Positions 56,745 to 64,000 of a DNA stretch of 64,000 nt are shown piece by piece (the first letter of the stretch is position 1; each line of letters opens with the position of its first letter). Both the position numbers and the translations under genes were made by a program. This stretch comes from Candidatus Heteroclostridium caecigallinarum (GTDB lineage Bacteria > Bacillota > Clostridia > Christensenellales > CAG-314), in the NCBI GenBank assembly GCA_904419725.1, contig CAJFSP010000001.1, positions 129,814-193,813 of the forward strand, written 5' to 3'. The notes under the pieces are model-generated. The model had not been told where the DNA came from, did not search any database, and worked only from the letters and a program-made list of their open reading frames with translations.

Positions 56745-57748
56745 TGATTTTCCTCCCAGCGGAAGTTGTCGCCCACATACAGAATACATGAGCCTTTTGT
56801 ATCGAAACCGAAGCGCATACACGGCAGGTTTCGGAGAGCGTACCTGATTTTCTCCCTGTTGTCGGGTTTGACGTAAAACAGCAGAAAACCACCGCCGCCG
56901 GCACCGAGAAGTTTGCCGCCCATCGCGCCGGCGTCAAGAGCCGCGCCGTACATTTCGTCGATTTCCGGGTTGCTTATTCCGCTGGCGAGCGATTTTTTGA
57001 GACGCCAGCTCTCATCAAGAATTTCGCCGAGTTTGTCGAAATCTTTATTTATGATATAGTCTTTGAGCTGTTCGGTAAGCCGGCAAAGCTCAAGCTGGTT
57101 TCGCTCTTTCGCGCCGCCGCCCGCCGCTATGTTGTTTTTTTGTTCTTTCAAAATATCCGAAGCCGAACGCGTCATGCCGGTGTAGAACATCATTATATGA
57201 CTTTCGAGATATTTTCTGTCGTCGCCCGTAAGGAGCAGCGGTTCGACATATACGGTGCCGTCTTTGTTGAATTTATAATAATTCATTCCGCCGTACGCCG
57301 CGGCGTACTGGTCCTGTTTGCCTATCGGGTTTTTGAGTTTGTTTATTTCGACGTTGCACGCTTCGCTCGCCAAGTATTCTTTTGACACCAGTTTGCCGCG
57401 ATAAGCGTTAAGCAAGTGCAGAAGACACACGGTAAACGACGACGAAGACCCAAGCCCCGTTCCGGTAGGAATATCCGCCTGCGAGTCTATCTCCACGCCC
57501 CTGATATCCATATCGGAAAGTACCTGTCTGAAAATGGAGTGCTTTATTTCAGACGGATCACGCACCACTTCGCTCTGCGAATATTTCAGTATAATATTCT
57601 GGCTCATAAAAGTCGGGTGCACGCTGAGATACACATACTTGTTTATCGTAGTGCTGATAACGCAACCGCCGTGATTTTCGTAAAAAGACGAAATATCGCT
57701 GCCGCCGCCGCAAAAACTCACTCTGAAAGGCGCTCTGGCAAAAATCAT
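56741..57748 (-). CDS. hddA: GHMP-family heptose-7-phosphate kinase (HddA-like)
   Basis: 335 aa. Begins RAPFRVSFCGGGSD, and contains the GHMP motif PTGTGLGSSSS and GAGGGGF. Confidence 0.8.
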   Translation of the reverse strand: MIFARAPFRVSFCGGGSDISSFYENHGGCVISTTINKYVYLSVHPTFMSQNIILKYSQSEVVRDPSEIKHSIFRQVLSDMDIRGVEIDSQADIPTGTGLGSSSSFTVCLLHLLNAYRGKLVSKEYLASEACNVEINKLKNPIGKQDQYAAAYGGMNYYKFNKDGTVYVEPLLLTGDDRKYLESHIMMFYTGMTRSASDILKEQKNNIAAGGGAKERNQLELCRLTEQLKDYIINKDFDKLGEILDESWRLKKSLASGISNPEIDEMYGAALDAGAMGGKLLGAGGGGFLLFYVKPDNREKIRYALRNLPCMRFGFDTKGSCILYVGDNFRWEENQ

Positions 57749-58887
57749 TTTTCCACCTTCTTTTGTTCGTTGGCCATAATAAACCGATACATATTTTCAA
57801 CGGCGTTTGGTTTGATTATTCCTTCGCACGCCGCTCTCATCTTGTCAAATTTGACTCTGTCGCCGTTGAGTCCGTCCACAATGCTTGTAACTTCGTCTAT
57901 TGATTTAAGCCTGGCGCAGCAACCCCTGGCACGCAAAAAATCGACGTTTTCGCTTTCGTTTATTATGATATCTTCTCTCGCGATTGTAGGTATCCGCCTT
58001 GTAAGCGTTTCACACAAAAAGGAACAACCGCCGCGCGATATCGACAAGTCAGCGGAAGATATCACCGATACGATATCTTTGACAAAGCCGAAATTATGCA
58101 CGTTATCCATCTTGTATTTTCTGATGACCCTGCCGCATTTTTTCAGGCTTTTTCTGTTGCGGGAATTAGCGATTATAATCTGCAGCGGCAGTTTACATGC
58201 CGCCAGCCTTTTCAGCACCTTTTCATTGCGACCGATGCCGAAACCGCCGCTTGAAATCAGCACGGTGAACATATCGGGGGCAAACCCCTGTTCCAGCCGC
58301 AGTTGCCTTTTGTCGATTTCGGTGTAATACGCCGGATTGACCGGAAAACCCGTTTCCACCAGCTGTTCTTCCCTGAAGCCTTTGTCGAGCATCTGCTGTT
58401 TCGCGCATATATGCGATAAAAATACATAGTCCACGCAGACGCTGTCTTCCCAGTTGGGATGAGGATAAAAATCCGTGAGAAACGAATACAACGTGATATT
58501 CCTGTCGATTCTGTTTTCTCTGCGCAGCCTGTCCACCACGGCCCCTGCATTGCAATGGGTGCATATTATAAAATCGGGTTTGAATTCGGCAATTTCTTTT
58601 TCAACGTCTTTGAGGCAACATTTTATCGTGGCCTGAAACGAGTTTTTATACCTGCGCTTATCGGCGTCGGCATATTTTACTTTTAGCCAAAGTTTTTCGT
58701 ATAGTTTAGGAAAATGTCTGCAAAAAAACAAATAAGCCTTGTTGTTTAAGGCGCCGCTGAATTTATGGCCACGGTAAATATCCATGATTTCGCTTTCAAC
58801 GCCTTTTTCGGTCAGAAATCCGGATATCGTGCGCGCTATGCTGTTGTGCCCTTCTCCGCAAGTCATCGTGAGAATCAGTGCTTTCAT
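57745..58887 (-). CDS. UgtP/MGDG-synthase-family (GT28-like) diacylglycerol glycosyltransferase
   Basis: 380 aa. It is alignable by eye to Bacillus UgtP: ILTMTCGEGHNSIA vs ILTANYGNGHVQVA, FLTDFYPHPNW vs VMTDFCLHKIW, and ISRGGCSFLCE vs ITKPGGITLTE. Confidence 0.75.
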   Translation of the reverse strand: MKALILTMTCGEGHNSIARTISGFLTEKGVESEIMDIYRGHKFSGALNNKAYLFFCRHFPKLYEKLWLKVKYADADKRRYKNSFQATIKCCLKDVEKEIAEFKPDFIICTHCNAGAVVDRLRRENRIDRNITLYSFLTDFYPHPNWEDSVCVDYVFLSHICAKQQMLDKGFREEQLVETGFPVNPAYYTEIDKRQLRLEQGFAPDMFTVLISSGGFGIGRNEKVLKRLAACKLPLQIIIANSRNRKSLKKCGRVIRKYKMDNVHNFGFVKDIVSVISSADLSISRGGCSFLCETLTRRIPTIAREDIIINESENVDFLRARGCCARLKSIDEVTSIVDGLNGDRVKFDKMRAACEGIIKPNAVENMYRFIMANEQKKVEK

Positions 58888-58982
58888 CGGTAAATCCTCT
58901 TTTACGGATTTATTATATTATAAAACACGCTTTTTTACAAGAAGCTGTTTCTGTTTAATAAAACGCAAGCCAAAACGGCGGA

Positions 58983-59477
58983 TTACGACATTCTGCCGTA
59001 TTTCATCTCCACGCCGTCTTTATCGTATTTTTTCCGTTTACCGGTTATTTCGTCAATAGATATTTTCCATACCCCCGTGACGCCCAGACTTCTGTTGACT
59101 TCGCTGTCGAACATTGCCATGTTTGTCGGCGTATGTCTCTCGCAAAGCGCGCGCAGCGCCTCAATCTTTTCGGCGTCGTCGGTTACTTCGGTCGCGGTGC
59201 CCTTGATAACAGCCGATTCATACTCGGTGGTGAATTTGTCGGGAGTTCTGTATGTATCCCCGACGCAGGAAAGACACACCGACGGATTTTTGCGCAGCAA
59301 ATCTATTTTTCTGCCCGCTTTCGCCGAATGAAAATAAACGCAGCCGCCAATCCTGACAATGGTTACGGGCACGCAATAAGGCTTATCGCCGTCGACAAGC
59401 GCAAGCGTCGCCCACTCGCATTTGTCAGCGACGTAAAGAGCGAAATTTCTGTCCATTTCTCTGTCTTTTCTTCTCAT
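58983..59477 (-). CDS. Pyridoxamine-5'-phosphate-oxidase-fold (Nim-like) flavoprotein
   Basis: I place the start at MRRKDREMD, behind the RBS GGAGGGA. The protein is 164 aa and contains ATLALVDGDKPYCVPV...YFHSAKAGRKIDLL. Confidence 0.7.
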   Translation of the reverse strand: MRRKDREMDRNFALYVADKCEWATLALVDGDKPYCVPVTIVRIGGCVYFHSAKAGRKIDLLRKNPSVCLSCVGDTYRTPDKFTTEYESAVIKGTATEVTDDAEKIEALRALCERHTPTNMAMFDSEVNRSLGVTGVWKISIDEITGKRKKYDKDGVEMKYGRMS

Positions 59478-59585
59478 AACTCCCTCCGACGTCATTTTAC
59501 ACCACCTTTCGCCGCAGCGCAATAATTTCGGGGCTTTACACCTGCGGCAAAGGGTGTATAATATATGCAAAGGAGTGTGAATATC

Positions 59586-59987
59586 ATGAAAATAGCTGTT
59601 ACCTGTGAAAACGGACAAGTTTTTCAGCACTTCGGCCACACCGAGGAATTTATGCTTTATGACGTGACCGACGGCAAAATAGTATCCGCCGTTGCAATAC
59701 GCCCGACTGAAGGCGGGCACGGCGCCCTGGCAGGTTTTCTCAAAGCGCACGGAACCGACGCTCTAATCTGCGGCGGAATAGGCGCGGGAGCCAAAAGCGC
59801 GCTGTCCGATGAAGGAATATCGCTGTACCCCGGCGTAAGCGGCGGCTGCGAAGACGCCGTCAAGGCATTGCTGGACGGCAGCCTGAAATATCAGCCCGAT
59901 ATTCAATGCGCCCACAAACATGACGAAAGCCACGGCTGCGGACACAACTGCGGCGAAGACAAGCACGGCTGCGGCGGAAACAAATAA
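59586..59987 (+). CDS. NifB/NifX-fold (dinitrogenase FeMo-cofactor-binding domain) protein with a His/Cys-rich tail
   Basis: I place the start at MKIAVTCENGQVFQHFGHTEEF. The middle contains ICGGIGAGA, and the tail reads HKHDESHGCGHNCGEDKHGCGG. Confidence 0.7.
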   Translation: MKIAVTCENGQVFQHFGHTEEFMLYDVTDGKIVSAVAIRPTEGGHGALAGFLKAHGTDALICGGIGAGAKSALSDEGISLYPGVSGGCEDAVKALLDGSLKYQPDIQCAHKHDESHGCGHNCGEDKHGCGGNK

Positions 59988-59992
59988 CGGAA

Positions 59993-60024
59993 ACGGAGCG
60001 GACACATCGCTCCGTTTTTTGTTT
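59993..60024 (+). terminator. Intrinsic terminator
   Basis: ACGGAGCG-GACACAT-CGCTCCGT followed by TTTTTTGTTT. Confidence 0.8.
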
Positions 60025-60067
60025 CAAAACAATTTTCCATTTCAGGCAATTATGTTATAATCACTCC

Positions 60068-61321
60068 ATGGCAAAGAGAAAAATTTACATAATCAGCATA
60101 TGCGTGATAATCGCTTCGGCTTTATTTGCCGCCTTGTTGCTGTTTACGATAGACTATTTCGTGACCAAAGACAAGATAAATTCTTATCTGGCGGACAATC
60201 ACGCCTATATCACATCGGACGGCGACAACATATACGGAAATATCATCGAAGACGGATACAAAGTATTTCTCGCGGGAGAAACGCGCGGAACAGAAAAAAA
60301 CCCTTCCGCCCAGCTCGCCATGATAAAAATGCTTTACGGCGATTACGGTGTGGACAGAATTCTGCTGGAACTGCCCCACTCGTGCTGCGTGGCGCTCAAC
60401 AGATATCTTGACGGAGGCGACGAAACCATCCTCGACGAAGTATTCGCCGCCATGCCTGACGACTATTTCATGAACAGCGATTCTTATCGGGAATTTTTTG
60501 TCGCGCTCAAAACTTTCAACGACGGGCTTGACGCAAACGGAAAACTGAAATTGCTGGGGCTTGAAAAGGAATTGTCCGACACAACCGTCAAAAACGCCGT
60601 GGCGTTGCTGCAGGAAATGACCGCGGGGCTGCAAACGGCTTCCGACCGCGTAAACGAAAACTGGCGGCGACTGGCCGAACTCGATACGACACAGAATTAT
60701 TCAAACCAGACGCTGGCCGCGCTGTTCGGGGCGATGAACGCCGATTTGTCGCTCGCGAAAAACACGGTTTACGCCGCCCTGGGCGACAATGCCGCCGACT
60801 ATCACTGCCTTGTCAATACGCTTGCCGAAAGCATATCCGCCGCTTCCGCGGATATGAGTTCGTCGCAAAGCGCGCAGGCGGCCGAAAACCTTTTTTACAC
60901 AAACTTTAAAATCTTTTATGACGCCGAACCCGCAAAACTGTATTTCGGCCAGATGGCGGCGGAACATGTGTATCTCGCCACCATGAATTCGGCGGACGCG
61001 GACAGCACGTTCGCGCAGCAGATTGATTCATGGGCGTCGCTCGGCGGAAAAGTCTGCGTGATAAAATACAGTTACGAAAACAGCGCCGCCGCCGATTTCG
61101 CAGGCGGCAAAGAGTTTTCCATAAAACAAAGCCTGTATGAAAAAGAGTTTAACAACTACGGCAACTCGCCGTCGGCGATGACCCTTTTCCGTCTTGACGC
61201 CGAAGGTAGCATATTCAACACGCAGCAGGTCATGGTCAGCGGCGGAGGCAAGCGCACCACTGATTATTACAGATATGTCCTGCTTATAGAAAATTCGGCG
61301 GCGCTTGAAAAAGCCGCCTGA
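60068..61321 (+). CDS. Membrane-anchored hypothetical protein (possibly ChaN/erythromycin-esterase/Tiki-like)
   Basis: 417 aa. An N-terminal TM helix is followed by VFLAGETRGTEKNPSAQLAMIKMLYGDYGVDRILLELPHS, which resembles the N-terminal motif of that superfamily. The assignment is weak. Confidence 0.45.
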   Translation: MAKRKIYIISICVIIASALFAALLLFTIDYFVTKDKINSYLADNHAYITSDGDNIYGNIIEDGYKVFLAGETRGTEKNPSAQLAMIKMLYGDYGVDRILLELPHSCCVALNRYLDGGDETILDEVFAAMPDDYFMNSDSYREFFVALKTFNDGLDANGKLKLLGLEKELSDTTVKNAVALLQEMTAGLQTASDRVNENWRRLAELDTTQNYSNQTLAALFGAMNADLSLAKNTVYAALGDNAADYHCLVNTLAESISAASADMSSSQSAQAAENLFYTNFKIFYDAEPAKLYFGQMAAEHVYLATMNSADADSTFAQQIDSWASLGGKVCVIKYSYENSAAADFAGGKEFSIKQSLYEKEFNNYGNSPSAMTLFRLDAEGSIFNTQQVMVSGGGKRTTDYYRYVLLIENSAALEKAA

Positions 61322-61400
61322 AATTTTACTGTTTTTGTTGCTTTTTGACGCCGATAAGCGTACAATAAGTTTAATTTTTATTTACTGTCAGGAGGATATT

Positions 61401-61970
61401 ATGAACGAGAAGATGAAACAAATCGCCCTACGCGTGCGCGAACTCAGGGAAATTCTGGACATGACGACGGCGGAAGTAGCCAATCTCGCCGGCATCAGGG
61501 AAGATTTGTACTGCGACTATGAAAACGGAAACATTGAAATCACCGTATCCGACCTGTACAGCATAGCGGCGGCGCTGCAAATCGACCCGACGGCGCTGCT
61601 TACCGGCGAAACGCCGAAAATGGGTCTCTATACCATCGTGCGCAACGGTCAGGGCGAAGACCTCGAAAGACATCAGGGATACACCTTTTCCTCCCTTGCG
61701 GCCAACTATGCCGGCAGGGATATGGAGCCTATGCTGGTGTATCTCAAAAACGACGTCAAAGAAGTGGAAATCGTCCAGCACAACGGCCAGGAATTCAACT
61801 ACGTTTTACAGGGCACGATAAAAGTCAACATCGGCTCAAAGGTCTTTGAACTGAATCAGGGTGACAGCATTTATTTTAACAGCACGATAAGGCACAGCCA
61901 GAGCGCCGTGACCCCTACCGCCACTTTTCTGGCGGTCATCAATGAAATTTCCGCGAAGCACAGAGGCTGA
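61401..61970 (+). CDS. XRE-family HTH plus cupin-domain transcriptional regulator
   Basis: I place the start at MNEKMKQIALRVRELREILDMTTAEVA, behind the RBS GGAGGA. The C-terminal cupin region reads HNGQEFNYVLQGTIKV...GDSIYFNS..RH. Confidence 0.8.
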   Translation: MNEKMKQIALRVRELREILDMTTAEVANLAGIREDLYCDYENGNIEITVSDLYSIAAALQIDPTALLTGETPKMGLYTIVRNGQGEDLERHQGYTFSSLAANYAGRDMEPMLVYLKNDVKEVEIVQHNGQEFNYVLQGTIKVNIGSKVFELNQGDSIYFNSTIRHSQSAVTPTATFLAVINEISAKHRG

Positions 61971-61976
61971 AAAAAA

Positions 61977-63641
61977 ATGGTTGAGAAATTTATTAACAGG
62001 TTCAGTTATAAAGACTATGACGACTTTAAAAAGAATTACAGGATAATCGTTCCGGACAATTTCAACTTCGCGTATGACATCGTGGACGAATGGGCGAAAA
62101 CCGAACCCAACAAAAAAGCCCTCTACTGGTGCAATGACGACGGCGAAGAAAAACTCTTTACTTTCGCCGACATGAAGCGTCTGTCCGACAAGGCGGCAAA
62201 CGCCTTTCTCGGCAGAGGCATAGGCAAAGGCGACGTTGTGCTGCTTATGCTCATGCAGCGCCCGGAAGCGTGGATATGCATGCTGGCGCTTCACAAAATC
62301 GGCGCGATTGTCATTCCCGCCACATATCAGCTGACGGAAAAAGACATAGTTTACCGCTGCAACAGCGCGGACATCAAAATGATTATCGGCGTTGACCATG
62401 AAGACATCATCCGCAACGTGACAAGCGCCGTCAAACAGTGCCCTACCGTGCACACAATCGCCATGGTGAGCAAACACCCGGTAGAAGGCTTTATCGACTG
62501 GCGCGCCGAGATAGAAAAAGCCGACGAGAAATTCAGAAAAATGCCGACGCAGAACAGCGACCCGATGCTTATTTATTTTTCGTCCGGCACGACGGGCATG
62601 CCGAAAATGGTAATGCACGATTTCACATATCCGCTCGGGCACATCACGACTGCCAAATTCTGGAACCAGGTGGAAGAAAACAAATACCACCTCACCGTTT
62701 CAGATTCGGGCTGGGCGAAATTCGGCTGGGGAAAAATTTACGGCCAATGGATTGTGGGCGCGACCATCGTTGCTTACGATACCGAAAAATTCCACGCTCC
62801 GCAGATGCTGGAACTCATTCAGCGCATAAAACTGACCACATTCTGCGCCCCGCCTACCGTTTACAGATTTTTGCTCAAAGAAGACATGTCAAAATACGAC
62901 ATCAGTTCCATAAAGCACTTTTCGACCGCGGGCGAACCGCTGAACCCGGAAGTACAGGAGAAAATCCAGGCGCTGACAGGCAAAAAAATCAACGAGGGTT
63001 TCGGTCAGAGCGAATCGACGGTGCTGGTCGGCTATTTCTGCGACTTTACGCCCGTCAAGCCCGGCTCCATGGGCAAGCCCGCCCCTATTTACGATATCGA
63101 CATAGTCGACGAAAACGGAAACTCGTGCGAAGACGGCGTTGTCGGCGCCCTTGTGGTGCGCAATACGGACGTTAAGCGGCCTGTCGGTCTTTTCCGTGAA
63201 TATTACAAAGACCCGGAAGCCAACGCCAGAGCCTTCAAAAACAACATGTACAACACGGGCGACACCGCGTGGCGCGACAGCGACGGATATCTCTGGTTTG
63301 TGGGCAGAAGCGACGACGTAATCAAATGCAGCGGCTACCGCATCGGGCCTTTCGAGGTGGAAAGCGCCTTGTTCACCCACCCTGCCGTGCTCGAATGCGC
63401 CGTGACCGCCGTTCCTGACGAAATAAGAGGCCAGGTCGTCAAAGCCACAATCGTACTGGCGAAAGGCTATCTCCCGAGCGACAATCTCAAAAAAGAATTG
63501 CAGAACCATGTTAAAGTGAGCACGGCGCCGTACAAGTATCCGAGAGTCATTGAATTTGTGGACGAACTTCCGAAAACATCCAGCGGCAAAATCAAGCGCG
63601 GACAAATCAGGGAACAGGACAACAAAAGACTCGGCAAATAA
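61977..63641 (+). CDS. AMP-forming acyl-CoA synthetase (medium-chain type)
   Basis: 554 aa. The AMP-binding motifs YFSSGTTGMPKMV, GEPLN, YNTGD and SGKIKR are present. Confidence 0.85.
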   Translation: MVEKFINRFSYKDYDDFKKNYRIIVPDNFNFAYDIVDEWAKTEPNKKALYWCNDDGEEKLFTFADMKRLSDKAANAFLGRGIGKGDVVLLMLMQRPEAWICMLALHKIGAIVIPATYQLTEKDIVYRCNSADIKMIIGVDHEDIIRNVTSAVKQCPTVHTIAMVSKHPVEGFIDWRAEIEKADEKFRKMPTQNSDPMLIYFSSGTTGMPKMVMHDFTYPLGHITTAKFWNQVEENKYHLTVSDSGWAKFGWGKIYGQWIVGATIVAYDTEKFHAPQMLELIQRIKLTTFCAPPTVYRFLLKEDMSKYDISSIKHFSTAGEPLNPEVQEKIQALTGKKINEGFGQSESTVLVGYFCDFTPVKPGSMGKPAPIYDIDIVDENGNSCEDGVVGALVVRNTDVKRPVGLFREYYKDPEANARAFKNNMYNTGDTAWRDSDGYLWFVGRSDDVIKCSGYRIGPFEVESALFTHPAVLECAVTAVPDEIRGQVVKATIVLAKGYLPSDNLKKELQNHVKVSTAPYKYPRVIEFVDELPKTSSGKIKRGQIREQDNKRLGK

Positions 63642-63643
63642 AA

Positions 63644-63670
63644 AAACACCCTTCGGGGTGTTTTATTTAT
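63644..63670. terminator. Bidirectional terminator
   Basis: ACACCC-TTCG-GGGTGT is flanked by an A-run and a T-run. Confidence 0.7.
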
Positions 63671-64000
63671 ACAAAGCGGCGTAAACCTTTTTGAAAAACT
63701 CCACTCTGCCAACATAGTTTTTTGTTTCGGCGTAAGGAATGTCGTCCAGCATGGCGCCCCGCGCCAGCCATCCGGACACCGTGTTTTCTCCGGCGTTATA
63801 CGCGGCGATCACCGCCCTTTCGTCGCCGAATTTTTCCGCGAGATAGGCGAGATACCACGCCCCCATGCTTATGTTCTGACCGGCGTCGTCGGGCATGATT
63901 TCTTCTATGCCCATATTTTCGGCGGCGAACAGCGCCGTGGACGGCATAATCTGCATGAGACCCCGCGCCCCTTTGGGCGAAACCGCGCGCTCATTGAAAT
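63663..64000 (-). CDS. Lytic transglycosylase (SLT domain) protein, N-terminus off the window end
   Basis: The frame is open to base 64000. FNERAVSPKGARGLMQIMPSTA...AYNAG is the classical SLT catalytic-region signature. Confidence 0.8.
   Translation of the reverse strand, partial: FNERAVSPKGARGLMQIMPSTALFAAENMGIEEIMPDDAGQNISMGAWYLAYLAEKFGDERAVIAAYNAGENTVSGWLARGAMLDDIPYAETKNYVGRVEFFKKVYAALYK

Overview
The window looks like core chromosome of a sporulating, anaerobic Firmicute, probably Clostridia/Oscillospirales-like. Supporting features are sigK, CIRCE-groESL, a type-A RNase P RNA and a HydABC-type [FeFe]-hydrogenase. About 60 genes are densely packed, mostly on the minus strand, and many junctions are 4-nt ATGA/GTGA overlaps. 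Recognisable blocks, in order:
- FAD oxidoreductases, a CoA-transferase and ppa
- DUF1015 and cdaA
- a 9-gene hydrogenase operon with an embedded sensory/partner-switch-like module
- comEB and groESL
- lgt-pncB-divIVA-like
- a solitary mazF, then acpS, recX, yigZ
- an ABC exporter with tyrS, then rarA
- an 877-aa unknown protein, rnpB and sigK
- a 4-gene ABC/surface-lipoprotein operon
- a U32 peptidase, an O-methyltransferase and RNase J
- serC-serA
- a symporter followed by two tandem cytoplasmic DsbA/FrnE-like paralogs
- tRNA-Leu(GAG)
- a GDP-heptose pathway plus a UgtP-like glycosyltransferase operon
- an XRE-cupin regulator with an acyl-CoA synthetase

I found no transposase, integrase, phage gene, CRISPR array or known defence system, and I cannot point to a clear novel multi-gene system.

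The most unusual signals are at the sequence level:
1. Terminator-bounded hairpin-repeat modules sit behind both DsbA-like paralogs. They re-copy part of the gene's own 3' end, share a 50-nt core identical between loci, and show repeated hairpin-loop inversions.
2. A perfect 6 x 42-bp tandem array of an intrinsic terminator lies after groEL.
3. A translationally coupled GDP-heptose pathway is headed by a diacylglycerol-type glycosyltransferase.
4. A poorly understood regulatory module is embedded in the hydrogenase operon.

All functional calls come from my own reading of motifs in the translations. No database search was run.
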